NCBI GenBank assembly: GCA_965112735.1
Contig: OZ218965.1
Span: 1-64,000 of the forward strand
Origin: Phaeosaccion multiseriatum
Lineage: Eukaryota; Protista; Ochrophyta, other classes
Length of the DNA stretch: 64,000 nt
Reading direction: 5' to 3'
Shown here: piece by piece, positions 1 through 11,787 of the stretch
Layout of the letters: each line of letters begins with the position of its first letter
How positions within the stretch are numbered: position 1 is the first letter of the stretch
The notes under the pieces: generated by a model
Told to the model about the DNA's origin: nothing
Database searches by the model: none
Seen by the model: the letters and a program-made list of their open reading frames with translations, nothing else
Position numbers and translations under genes: made by a program

Positions 1-3000
1 CTGGCCTGGCCTGGCCTGGCCTGGCCTGGCCTGGCCTGGCCTGGCCTGGCCTGGCCTGGCCCTGGCCTGGCCTGGCCTGGCCTGGCCTGGCCTGGCCTGG
101 CCTGGCCTGGCCTGGCCCTGGCCTGGCCTGGCCTGGCCTGGCCTGGCCTGGCCTGGCCTGGCCTGGCCTGGCCTGGCCTGGCCTGGCCTGGCCTGGCCTG
201 GCCTGGCCTGGCCTGGCCTGGCCTGGCCTGGCCTGGCCTGGCCTGGCCTGGCCTGGCCTGGCCTGGCCTGGCCTGGCCTGGCCTGGCCTGGCCTGGCCTG
301 GCCTGGCCTGGCCTGGCCTGGCCTGGCCTGGCCTGGCCTGGCCTGGCCTGGCCTGGCCTGGCCTGGCCTGGCCTGGCCTGGCCTGGCCTGGCCTGGCCTG
401 GCCTGGCCTGGCCTGGCCTGGCCTGGCCTGGCCTGGCCTGGCCTGGCCTGGCCTGGCCTGGCCTGGCCTGGCCTGGCCTGGCCTGGCCTGGCCTGGCCTG
501 GCCTGGCCTGGCCTGGCCTGGCCTGGCCTGGCCTGGCCTGGCCTGGCCTGGCCTGGCCTGGCCTGGCCTGGCCTGGCCTGGCCTGGCCTGGCCTGGCCTG
601 GCCTGGCCTGGCCTGGCCTGGCCTGGCCTGGCCTGGCCTGGCCTGGCCTGGCCTGGCCTGGCCTGGCCTGGCCTGGCCTGGCCTGGCCTGGCCTGGCCTG
701 GCCTGGCCTGGCCTGGCCTGGCCTGGCCTGGCCTGGCCTGGCCTGGCCTGGCCTGGCCTGGCCTGGCCTGGCCTGGCCTGGCCTGGCCTGGCCTGGCCTG
801 GCCTGGCCTGGCCTGGCCTGGCCTGGCCTGGCCTGGCCTGGCCTGGCCTGGCCTGGCCTGGCCTGGCCTGGCCTGGCCTGGCCTGGCCTGGCCTGGCCTG
901 GCCTGGCCTGGCCTGGCCTGGCCTGGCCTGGCCTGGCCTGGCCTGGCCTGGCCTGGCCTGGCCTGGCCTGGCCTGGCCTGGCCTGGCCTGGCCTGGCCTG
1001 GCCTGGCCTGGCCTGGCCTGGCCTGGCCTGGCCTGGCCTGGCCTGGCCTGGCCTGGCCTGGCCTGGCCTGGCCTGGCCTGGCCTGGCCTGGCCTGGCCTG
1101 GCCTGGCCTGGCCTGGCCTGGCCTGGCCTGGCCTGGCCTGGCCTGGCCTGGCCTGGCCTGGCCTGGCCTGGCCTGGCCTGGCCTGGCCTGGCCTGGCCTG
1201 GCCTGGCCTGGCCTGGCCTGGCCTGGCCTGGCCTGGCCTGGCCTGGCCTGGCCTGGCCTGGCCTGGCCTGGCCTGGCCTGGCCTGGCCTGGCCTGGCCTG
1301 GCCTGGCCTGGCCTGGCCTGGCCTGGCCTGGCCTGGCCTGGCCTGGCCTGGCCTGGCCTGGCCTGGCCTGGCCTGGCCTGGCCTGGCCTGGCCTGGCCTG
1401 GCCTGGCCTGGCCTGGCCTGGCCTGGCCTGGCCTGGCCTGGCCTGGCCTGGCCTGGCCTGGCCTGGCCTGGCCTGGCCTGGCCTGGCCTGGCCTGGCCTG
1501 GCCTGGCCTGGCCTGGCCTGGCCTGGCCTGGCCTGGCCTGGCCTGGCCTGGCCTGGCCTGGCCTGGCCTGGCCTGGCCTGGCCTGGCCTGGCCTGGCCTG
1601 GCCTGGCCTGGCCTGGCCTGGCCTGGCCTGGCCTGGCCTGGCCTGGCCTGGCCTGGCCTGGCCTGGCCTGGCCTGGCCTGGCCTGGCCTGGCCTGGCCTG
1701 GCCTGGCCTGGCCTGGCCTGGCCTGGCCTGGCCTGGCCTGGCCTGGCCTGGCCTGGCCTGGCCTGGCCTGGCCTGGCCTGGCCTGGCCTGGCCTGGCCTG
1801 GCCTGGCCTGGCCTGGCCTGGCCTGGCCTGGCCTGGCCTGGCCTGGCCTGGCCTGGCCTGGCCTGGCCTGGCCTGGCCTGGCCTGGCCTGGCCTGGCCTG
1901 GCCTGGCCTGGCCTGGCCTGGCCTGGCCTGGCCTGGCCTGGCCTGGCCTGGCCTGGCCTGGCCTGGCCTGGCCTGGCCTGGCCTGGCCTGGCCTGGCCTG
2001 GCCTGGCCTGGCCTGGCCTGGCCTGGCCTGGCCTGGCCTGGCCTGGCCTGGCCTGGCCTGGCCTGGCCTGGCCTGGCCTGGCCTGGCCTGGCCTGGCCTG
2101 GCCTGGCCTGGCCTGGCCTGGCCTGGCCTGGCCTGGCCTGGCCTGGCCTGGCCTGGCCTGGCCTGGCCTGGCCTGGCCTGGCCTGGCCTGGCCTGGCCTG
2201 GCCTGGCCTGGCCTGGCCTGGCCTGGCCTGGCCTGGCCTGGCCTGGCCTGGCCTGGCCTGGCCTGGCCTGGCCTGGCCTGGCCTGGCCTGGCCTGGCCTG
2301 GCCTGGCCTGGCCTGGCCTGGCCTGGCCTGGCCTGGCCTGGCCTGGCCTGGCCTGGCCTGGCCTGGCCTGGCCTGGCCTGGCCTGGCCTGGCCTGGCCTG
2401 GCCTGGCCTGGCCTGGCCTGGCCTGGCCTGGCCTGGCCTGGCCTGGCCTGGCCTGGCCTGGCCTGGCCTGGCCTGGCCTGGCCTGGCCTGGCCTGGCCTG
2501 GCCTGGCCTGGCCTGGCCTGGCCTGGCCTGGCCTGGCCTGGCCTGGCCTGGCCTGGCCTGGCCTGGCCTGGCCTGGCCTGGCCTGGCCTGGCCTGGCCTG
2601 GCCTGGCCTGGCCTGGCCTGGCCTGGCCTGGCCTGGCCTGGCCTGGCCTGGCCTGGCCTGGCCTGGCCTGGCCTGGCCTGGCCTGGCCTGGCCTGGCCTG
2701 GCCTGGCCTGGCCTGGCCTGGCCTGGCCTGGCCTGGCCTGGCCTGGCCTGGCCTGGCCTGGCCTGGCCTGGCCTGGCCTGGCCTGGCCTGGCCTGGCCTG
2801 GCCTGGCCTGGCCTGGCCTGGCCTGGCCTGGCCTGGCCTGGCCTGGCCTGGCCTGGCCTGGCCTGGCCTGGCCTGGCCTGGCCTGGCCTGGCCTGGCCTG
2901 GCCTGGCCTGGCCTGGCCTGGCCTGGCCTGGCCTGGCCTGGCCTGGCCTGGCCTGGCCTGGCCTGGCCTGGCCTGGCCTGGCCTGGCCTGGCCTGGCCTG

Positions 3001-6000
3001 GCCTGGCCTGGCCTGGCCTGGCCTGGCCTGGCCTGGCCTGGCCTGGCCTGGCCTGGCCTGGCCTGGCCTGGCCTGGCCTGGCCTGGCCTGGCCTGGCCTG
3101 GCCTGGCCTGGCCTGGCCTGGCCTGGCCTGGCCTGGCCTGGCCTGGCCTGGCCTGGCCTGGCCTGGCCTGGCCTGGCCTGGCCTGGCCTGGCCTGGCCTG
3201 GCCTGGCCTGGCCTGGCCTGGCCTGGCCTGGCCTGGCCTGGCCTGGCCTGGCCTGGCCTGGCCTGGCCTGGCCTGGCCTGGCCTGGCCTGGCCTGGCCTG
3301 GCCTGGCCTGGCCTGGCCTGGCCTGGCCTGGCCTGGCCTGGCCTGGCCTGGCCTGGCCTGGCCTGGCCTGGCCTGGCCTGGCCTGGCCTGGCCTGGCCTG
3401 GCCTGGCCTGGCCTGGCCTGGCCTGGCCTGGCCTGGCCTGGCCTGGCCTGGCCTGGCCTGGCCTGGCCTGGCCTGGCCTGGCCTGGCCTGGCCTGGCCTG
3501 GCCTGGCCTGGCCTGGCCTGGCCTGGCCTGGCCTGGCCTGGCCTGGCCTGGCCTGGCCTGGCCTGGCCTGGCCTGGCCTGGCCTGGCCTGGCCTGGCCTG
3601 GCCTGGCCTGGCCTGGCCTGGCCTGGCCTGGCCTGGCCTGGCCTGGCCTGGCCTGGCCTGGCCTGGCCTGGCCTGGCCTGGCCTGGCCTGGCCTGGCCTG
3701 GCCTGGCCTGGCCTGGCCTGGCCTGGCCTGGCCTGGCCTGGCCTGGCCTGGCCTGGCCTGGCCTGGCCTGGCCTGGCCTGGCCTGGCCTGGCCTGGCCTG
3801 GCCTGGCCTGGCCTGGCCTGGCCTGGCCTGGCCTGGCCTGGCCTGGCCTGGCCTGGCCTGGCCTGGCCTGGCCTGGCCTGGCCTGGCCTGGCCTGGCCTG
3901 GCCTGGCCTGGCCTGGCCTGGCCTGGCCTGGCCTGGCCTGGCCTGGCCTGGCCTGGCCTGGCCTGGCCTGGCCTGGCCTGGCCTGGCCTGGCCTGGCCTG
4001 GCCTGGCCTGGCCTGGCCTGGCCTGGCCTGGCCTGGCCTGGCCTGGCCTGGCCTGGCCTGGCCTGGCCTGGCCTGGCCTGGCCTGGCCTGGCCTGGCCTG
4101 GCCTGGCCTGGCCTGGCCTGGCCTGGCCTGGCCTGGCCTGGCCTGGCCTGGCCTGGCCTGGCCTGGCCTGGCCTGGCCTGGCCTGGCCTGGCCTGGCCTG
4201 GCCTGGCCTGGCCTGGCCTGGCCTGGCCTGGCCTGGCCTGGCCTGGCCTGGCCTGGCCTGGCCTGGCCTGGCCTGGCCTGGCCTGGCCTGGCCTGGCCTG
4301 GCCTGGCCTGGCCTGGCCTGGCCTGGCCTGGCCTGGCCTGGCCTGGCCTGGCCTGGCCTGGCCTGGCCTGGCCTGGCCTGGCCTGGCCTGGCCTGGCCTG
4401 GCCTGGCCTGGCCTGGCCTGGCCTGGCCTGGCCTGGCCTGGCCTGGCCTGGCCTGGCCTGGCCTGGCCTGGCCTGGCCTGGCCTGGCCTGGCCTGGCCTG
4501 GCCTGGCCTGGCCTGGCCTGGCCTGGCCTGGCCTGGCCTGGCCTGGCCTGGCCTGGCCTGGCCTGGCCTGGCCTGGCCTGGCCTGGCCTGGCCTGGCCTG
4601 GCCTGGCCTGGCCTGGCCTGGCCTGGCCTGGCCTGGCCTGGCCTGGCCTGGCCTGGCCTGGCCTGGCCTGGCCTGGCCTGGCCTGGCCTGGCCTGGCCTG
4701 GCCTGGCCTGGCCTGGCCTGGCCTGGCCTGGCCTGGCCTGGCCTGGCCTGGCCTGGCCTGGCCTGGCCTGGCCTGGCCTGGCCTGGCCTGGCCTGGCCTG
4801 GCCTGGCCTGGCCTGGCCTGGCCTGGCCTGGCCTGGCCTGGCCTGGCCTGGCCTGGCCTGGCCTGGCCTGGCCTGGCCTGGCCTGGCCTGGCCTGGCCTG
4901 GCCTGGCCTGGCCTGGCCTGGCCTGGCCTGGCCTGGCCTGGCCTGGCCTGGCCTGGCCTGGCCTGGCCTGGCCTGGCCTGGCCTGGCCTGGCCTGGCCTG
5001 GCCTGGCCTGGCCTGGCCTGGCCTGGCCTGGCCTGGCCTGGCCTGGCCTGGCCTGGCCTGGCCTGGCCTGGCCTGGCCTGGCCTGGCCTGGCCTGGCCTG
5101 GCCTGGCCTGGCCTGGCCTGGCCTGGCCTGGCCTGGCCTGGCCTGGCCTGGCCTGGCCTGGCCTGGCCTGGCCTGGCCTGGCCTGGCCTGGCCTGGCCTG
5201 GCCTGGCCTGGCCTGGCCTGGCCTGGCCTGGCCTGGCCTGGCCTGGCCTGGCCTGGCCTGGCCTGGCCTGGCCTGGCCTGGCCTGGCCTGGCCTGGCCTG
5301 GCCTGGCCTGGCCTGGCCTGGCCTGGCCTGGCCTGGCCTGGCCTGGCCTGGCCTGGCCTGGCCTGGCCTGGCCTGGCCTGGCCTGGCCTGGCCTGGCCTG
5401 GCCTGGCCTGGCCTGGCCTGGCCTGGCCTGGCCTGGCCTGGCCTGGCCTGGCCTGGCCTGGCCTGGCCTGGCCTGGCCTGGCCTGGCCTGGCCTGGCCTG
5501 GCCTGGCCTGGCCTGGCCTGGCCTGGCCTGGCCTGGCCTGGCCTGGCCTGGCCTGGCCTGGCCTGGCCTGGCCTGGCCTGGCCTGGCCTGGCCTGGCCTG
5601 GCCTGGCCTGGCCTGGCCTGGCCTGGCCTGGCCTGGCCTGGCCTGGCCTGGCCTGGCCTGGCCTGGCCTGGCCTGGCCTGGCCTGGCCTGGCCTGGCCTG
5701 GCCTGGCCTGGCCTGGCCTGGCCTGGCCTGGCCTGGCCTGGCCTGGCCTGGCCTGGCCTGGCCTGGCCTGGCCTGGCCTGGCCTGGCCTGGCCTGGCCTG
5801 GCCTGGCCTGGCCTGGCCTGGCCTGGCCTGGCCTGGCCTGGCCTGGCCTGGCCTGGCCTGGCCTGGCCTGGCCTGGCCTGGCCTGGCCTGGCCTGGCCTG
5901 GCCTGGCCTGGCCTGGCCTGGCCTGGCCTGGCCTGGCCTGGCCTGGCCTGGCCTGGCCTGGCCTGGCCTGGCCTGGCCTGGCCTGGCCTGGCCTGGCCTG

Positions 6001-6922
6001 GCCTGGCCTGGCCTGGCCTGGCCTGGCCTGGCCTGGCCTGGCCTGGCCTGGCCTGGCCTGGCCTGGCCTGGCCTGGCCTGGCCTGGCCTGGCCTGGCCTG
6101 GCCTGGCCTGGCCTGGCCTGGCCTGGCCTGGCCTGGCCTGGCCTGGCCTGGCCTGGCCTGGCCTGGCCTGGCCTGGCCTGGCCTGGCCTGGCCTGGCCTG
6201 GCCTGGCCTGGCCTGGCCTGGCCTGGCCTGGCCTGGCCTGGCCTGGCCTGGCCTGGCCTGGCCTGGCCTGGCCTGGCCTGGCCTGGCCTGGCCTGGCCTG
6301 GCCTGGCCTGGCCTGGCCTGGCCTGGCCTGGCCTGGCCTGGCCTGGCCTGGCCTGGCCTGGCCTGGCCTGGCCTGGCCTGGCCTGGCCTGGCCTGGCCTG
6401 GCCTGGCCTGGCCTGGCCTGGCCTGGCCTGGCCTGGCCTGGCCTGGCCTGGCCTGGCCTGGCCTGGCCTGGCCTGGCCTGGCCTGGCCTGGCCTGGCCTG
6501 GCCTGGCCTGGCCTGGCCTGGCCTGGCCTGGCCTGGCCTGGCCTGGCCTGGCCTGGCCTGGCCTGGCCTGGCCTGGCCTGGCCTGGCCTGGCCTGGCCTG
6601 GCCTGGCCTGGCCTGGCCTGGCCTGGCCTGGCCTGGCCTGGCCTGGCCTGGCCTGGCCTGGCCTGGCCTGGCCTGGCCTGGCCTGGCCTGGCCTGGCCTG
6701 GCCTGGCCTGGCCTGGCCTGGCCTGGCCTGGCCTGGCCTGGCCTGGCCTGGCCTGGCCTGGCCTGGCCTGGCCTGGCCTGGCCTGGCCTGGCCTGGCCTG
6801 GCCTGGCCTGGCCTGGCCTGGCCTGGCCTGGCCTGGCCTGGCCTGGCCTGGCCTGGCCTGGCCTGGCCTGGCCTGGCCTGGCCCTGGCCTGGCCTGGCCT
6901 GGCCTGGCCTGGCCTGGCCTGG
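1..6922. repeat. (CCTGG)n terminal array; probably mis-basecalled telomere repeat
   Basis: Near-perfect 5-mer array from base 1 with rare CCCTGG units. Mixed CCTGG/CCTAA/CTAACTGG units at ~6923-7032 lead into CCCTAA. Confidence 0.9.
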
Positions 6923-7032
6923 CCTAACCCTAACTGGCCTAACCCTAACCCTGGCCTGGCCTAACTGGCCTAACTGGCCTAACTGGCCTGGCCTGGCCTA
7001 ACTGGCCTAACCCTGGCCTAACCCTGGCCTGG

Positions 7033-7243
7033 CCTAACCCTAACCCTAACCCTAACCCTAACCCTAACCCTAACCCTAACCCTAACCCTAACCCTAACCC
7101 TAACCCTAACCCTAACCCTAACCCTAACCCTAACCCTAACCCTAACCCTAACCCTAACCCTAACCCTAACCCTAACCCTAACCCTAACCCTAACCCTAAC
7201 CCTAACCCTAACCCTAACCCTAACCCTAACCCTAACCCTAACC
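7033..7243. repeat. Telomeric repeat (CCCTAA)n / (TTAGGG)n
   Basis: About 35 perfect CCCTAA units with the C-rich strand on +, as expected for a left chromosome end. Confidence 0.97.
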
Positions 7244-9092
7244 TCAGTCCTCGGACGAAGTGGTTCTCCACTGGTTCTCGAGTCCTGAGGCCTCGGACGA
7301 AGTGGTTCTCCACTGGTTCTCGAGTCCTGAGGCCGCGGACGAAGTGATTCTCCACTGGTTCTCGAGTCCTGAGGCCTCAATCTCCACTGGTTCTCGAGTC
7401 CCGAGGCCGTGGACGAAGTGGTTCTCCACTGGTTCTCGAGTCCTGAGGCCTCGGACGAAGTGATTCTCCACTGGTTCTCGAGTCCTGAGGCCTTAAGTGG
7501 TTCTCCACCGGTTCTCGAGCTCTGAGGCCTCTGACGAAGTGGTTCTCAAGTGGTTCTCGAGTCCTGAGGCCTCGGACGAAGTGGTTCTCCACTGGTTCTC
7601 GAGTCCTGAGGCCTCGGACGAAGTGGTTCTCCACTGGTTCTCGAGTCCTGAGGCCTCGGACGAAGTGGTTCTCCACTGGTTCTCGAGTCCTGAGGCCTCG
7701 GACGAAGTGGTTCTCCACTGGTTCTCGAGTCCTGAGGCCTCGGACGAAGTGGTTCTCCACTGGTTCTCGAGTCCTGAGGCCTCGGACGAAGTGGTTCTCC
7801 ACTGGTTCTCGAGTCCTGAGGCCGCGGCCGAAGTGGTTCTCCACTGGTTCTCGAGTCCTGAGGCCTCAAGTGGTTCTCCACTGGTTCTCGAGTCCCGAGG
7901 CCGTGGACGAAGTGGTTCTCCACTGGTTCTCGAGTCCTGAGGCCTCGGACGAAGTGATTCTCCACTGGTTCTCGAGTCCTGAGGCCTCGGAAGAAGTGGT
8001 TCTCCACTGGTTCTCGAGTCCTGAGGCCTCGGACGAAGTGGTTCTCCACTGGTTCTCGAGTCCTGAGGCCGCGGACGAAGTGGTTCTCCACTGGTTCTCG
8101 AGTCCTGAGGCCGCGGCCGAAGTGGTTCTCGACTGGTTCTCGAGTCCTGAGGCCTCGGACGAAGAGGTTCTCAAGTGGTTCTCGAGTCCTGAGGCCTCGG
8201 ACGAAGCGGTTCTCCACTGGTTCTCGAGTCCTGAGGCCTCGGACGAAGTGGTTCTCCACTGGTTCTCGAGTCCTGAGGCCTCGGACGAAGTGGTTCTCCG
8301 CTGGTTCTGGAGTCCTGAGGCCTCGGACGAAGTGGTTCTCCACTGGTTCTCGAGTCCTGAGGCCTCGGACGAAGTGGTTCTCCACTGGTTCTCGAGTCCT
8401 GAGGCCTCGGACGAAGTGGTTCTCAAGTGGTTCTCGAGTAGTGAGGCCTCGGACGAAGTGGTTCTCCACTGGATCTCGAGTCCTGAGGCATCGGACGAAG
8501 TGGTTCTCCACTGGTTCTCGAGTCCTGTGGCCTCGGACGAAGTGGTTCTCCACTGGTTCTCGAGTCCTGAGGCCGCGGATGAAGTGGTTCTCCACTGGTT
8601 CTCGAGTCCTGAGGCCGCGGACGAAGTGATTCTCCACTGGTTCTCGAGTCCTGAGGCTTCAAGTGGTTCTCCACTGGTTCTCGAGTCCCGAGGCCGTGGA
8701 CGAAGTGGTTCTCCACTGGTTGTCGAGTCCTGAGGCCTCGGACGAAGTGATTCTCCGCTGGTTCTCGAGTCCTGAGGCCTCAAGTGGTTCTCCACTGGTT
8801 CTCGAGTCCTGAGGCCTCGGACAAAGTTGTTCTCCACTGGTTCTCGAGTCCTCAGGCCGCGGACGAAGTGGTTCTCCACTGGTTCTCGAGTCCTGAGGCC
8901 TCGGACGAAGTGGTTCTCCACTGGTTCTCGAGTCCTGCGGCCTCGGACGAGGTGGTTCTCCACTGGTTCTCGAGTCCTGAGGCCGCGGCCGACGTGGTTC
9001 TCCACTGGTTCTCGAGTCCTGAGGCCTCGGACGAAGTGGTTCTCCACTGGTTCTCGAGTCCTGAGGCCGCGGACGAAGTGGTTCTCCAGTGG
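7244..9092. repeat. Subtelomeric 42-bp tandem satellite
   Basis: Unit TGGTTCTCCACTGGTTCTCGAGTCCTGAGGCCTCGGACGAAG, head-to-tail, about 44 copies, with shortened and SNP variants. Abuts the telomere directly. Confidence 0.95.
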
Positions 9093-9099
9093 TCGTCGA

Positions 9100-9470
9100 C
9101 ATCAGGCCCAGATTGCCCACCGGGGGAGCCCACAGATGGGCCTATTCAACCCCACAGAGGCCCATGTTCAACCCCGCCGAGCGCGCCATGGACGCGATGC
9201 ACACTCATTGCGACCATGGTGGGACCTTTTCAACCCCACCGGCCCACAGAAGGCCATGTTCAACCCTCCCGTGTCGAAATCAGGCCCAGATTGCCCACCA
9301 CTGCCCACAGATGGGCTTGTTCAACCCCACAGAGGTTCATGTTCAACCACACCGGGCACACCAGAGACGCAAGGCAGACTCATGACGACCATGGCGGGAC
9401 CATTTCAGCCCCATCGGCCGAGAGAAAGCACAGTTCAACCCTCCCGTGTCGAAATCAGGCGCCAGATGAC
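9100..9470. repeat. Degenerate ~175-bp subtelomeric repeat (about 2 copies)
   Basis: TCAGGCCCAGATTGCCCACC at ~9102 and ~9280; GTTCAACCCTCCCGTGTCGAAATCAGGC at ~9258 and ~9433; many TTCAACCC sub-repeats. Confidence 0.75.
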
Positions 9471-9480
9471 CCACCGGGGC

Positions 9481-9735
9481 CCAATACATGTGGCCTTTGA
9501 GAGCGCAATCAATGCAAAAGTGCAGAGGAAGGAGGTGGCCACGGCGGCGGTGGCACAAGCTACGACGGGGGGGTCAGAAACTGAGAACAGTTGAAAGGGC
9601 AAGGCCGATGGAGCCAAGGGCACTGCAGGGGGTTCAGCAACTAAGAACAATGCTGAGGGCAAGGCCGAGGGAGCCAAGGGCACTGCTGCCGCTGCTCCGA
9701 AGGGCAAGAGGACGAGGAAGACCACAAACATCCGT
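9481..9735 (+). pseudogene. 3' relic of the subtelomeric P-loop ATPase gene family
   Basis: PIHVAFESAINAKVQRKEVATAAVAQATTGG...KGTAAAAPKGKR aligns with the end and downstream tail of the ATPase at 16750-16970 (PIHRAFENAIKAMLKRRRAATAAVE*ATTGG...KGTAAAAPKGKR). Internal stop; no 5' part. Confidence 0.8.
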
Positions 9736-10102
9736 AACTGTATTCGGGTGCCATCTAAAAATCGAGCATCGGCTCGTACTTGAGGGCTCTTTTGTAGCAG
9801 AGCATTACCAGCGAGGAACAGCACACAGGATTTCACCCCAATACATATCAACACCCTCGTTTGGAGACGTGAGACCAATCGCTAGCTACAGCTCGCCCAA
9901 CACACAAAGTCCACATGGCGCCCACAGGAGTAAGCCCAAAGTTCGATGTGTGTGTCTCTATCTATAGTCTCTGCTCGGTATTCTTTCACAATCACATCTT
10001 TGTGCATTTCATTGCGTCCCTCGAGTGCCCACAAGTCACAAATCGGATACAAATGCCGATGGCGTGAGGGCTCAGGGGAGGGGATGGCAGTGGATGGGCA
10101 GC

Positions 10103-11313
10103 TCAGAAGGGCGCCAGGCCGGAGAGGGGCGGGTCTGAGAAACAGAGCAGAGTGAAGGGCGCCTCCACTGGGGCGAAGGTACTGACGACCGCCACATATC
10201 GCCGGCCTGGCTCAAAGTGTAGCTCCAACAGGGGCGTGGCCGTGCCGCACACGCTGCCCATGTACACGCCGCCGCAAGAGGTCGAGGCCGCGGGAGCTGG
10301 GGGGGGGGACGGGAGGAAGCGGCAGGGTTAGGCAGAGGAGGAGAGGGGGGAGAGGAGAAGTGAGGGAGGAGGACGGGATACCTGTGCCGCTCAACAGACG
10401 CAGACACGCGCACACACACGCGCACACACACACACACGCACACTCGCGCGCACACCCTGACGCACCAAGGCTCCCATCGTATCAGGTGCTCACCTGGCCT
10501 CGCTCGTCCACGGGGTACACGGCGACATTCAAGAAAAATGGCCGGCCTCCCCTTGGGAAAAGGGCCCGCCCCCTTGGGGACAAGTAGGCGCAGCAGCACC
10601 CTGGTGGGCCTCTGCTGCGCCCCCCCTCCCGGCCGCAGCTCGAACTTTGGATTGTCGAGGTATCGGCCGTGGTTGTTGCGCCCCGCCGCGGAGCCGCTCA
10701 AGTGGTCCCAGCGCCCCTGTACTGTCTGCTCAACCATGCCGGCTCCCTCGGGCAGCAGCCGCCGGACTACTGGGGGGGCTGCGCCCTCGCTGGCCGTTTC
10801 CGTGTGCGAGATGGGGAGGAGGAAGTTGCCCTCCTGCCCGGCGCGGAAGGTGCTGCGGGGAGGGGGTTTCAGTTTCGGTTAGATCGTTAGCACATGCCAA
10901 GGCCTGCATCGCCATGCTCCGCCTTTGAGAGCGAAGGGGCGCAGTCCCCGTACCTCCGATGCCCCTGCCTCCCTGCCGTCCGCGGCCACCCCCCCCTCCC
11001 TGCTCCCTCCCTGCTCACCTCACGACGATCACATAGGTGCCCGGTCCACGGTCCCCTCGGCGCAGCAGAAGCCCTCTCGGTACGCGCCGCTGCCGACTAC
11101 CTCTTGCTCACGATCCACAGAGTCCACGCGGAGGGCCTCTCCTCCCTCCGTTCTGAGGAGCATGAAGTTAACTGAGTAGTCTTTGGGGGGCTGCAGCTGG
11201 ATGTGCAGCCTCTGTGTGCGGCTCAGTGTGACGCTCCACTGCGGGTTGAGGCGGAAGCCCGCCCTCCCCAAACCGCCCCCCGCCGTGGATGAGTCCCAGC
11301 TGCCAGCGATGGC
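10103..11313 (-). pseudogene. 5'-truncated calpain-7/PalB-like gene (two calpain domain-III modules)
   Basis: Spliced exons read IAGSWDSSTAGG..FRLNPQW..GTYVIVVS|TFRAGQEGNF..VQGRWDHLSGSAAG..YLDNPKFEL..RYVAVVSTFAPVEAPFTL..*. GT-AG introns; 1-nt frameshift near 11042; no protease domain upstream. Confidence 0.75.
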
Positions 11314-11479
11314 CTGTAGGGCGGCGGGCCAGTGGGATGGCAGTGGAGGGGAAGGGGTTGAGAGTTCGATCGCATCTACAGCACCCCCACAAACTCACTC
11401 ACGCACTCACTCACTCACTCACTCACTCACGCACCCGCTGTATCCCCCCTCTCTCTCTCTCTCTCTTTCTGTCTCTCTC

Positions 11480-11787
11480 TAGCTCCGCGATCACCTCCGC
11501 TGTGTGTTGCTTCACTGCAAAGGCCTCCGGCCACCGAGTCAAGTAGTCAATAAACACCACAATGTACTTGTTGCCGGCATCTGTGAGCGAGAGATCCACC
11601 ACATCTACCCCAGTCAAAAGGGGCGTGAATCTCCACATCATCTCCATTGGTAGGAATACCCACTACCTGGCGCAATCTCTTCCGACAACAGCGATGGCAT
11701 TGAGCACCCCACCTCTGGCAGTGGGGGTGCATGCCCGACCAAGCGAATCGAGCGGCCATCTTGCGGTAGGTGCGTGCAAAGCCGAAG
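11480..11787 (-). mobile_element. Ty3/Gypsy LTR-retrotransposon integrase fragment
   Basis: TYRKMAARFAWSGM..CHRC (zinc-binding end), then PFDW-GVDVVDLSLTDAGNKYIVVFIDYLTRWPEAFAVKQHTAEVIAEL (start of rve core). Frameshifted and truncated at a microsatellite; no LTRs seen. Confidence 0.85.

Noticed and set aside
7244-9092. CRISPR-like array of ~40-bp repeats
   Set aside because: Units are head-to-tail with no unique spacers, there are no cas genes, and the context is a eukaryotic subtelomere.
6945-9133. Long repetitive ORFs (ENHFVRGLRTREPV, VLHWFSSPEASDEV)
   Set aside because: By-products of a stop-poor 42-bp unit and the telomere repeat; open in several frames on both strands.
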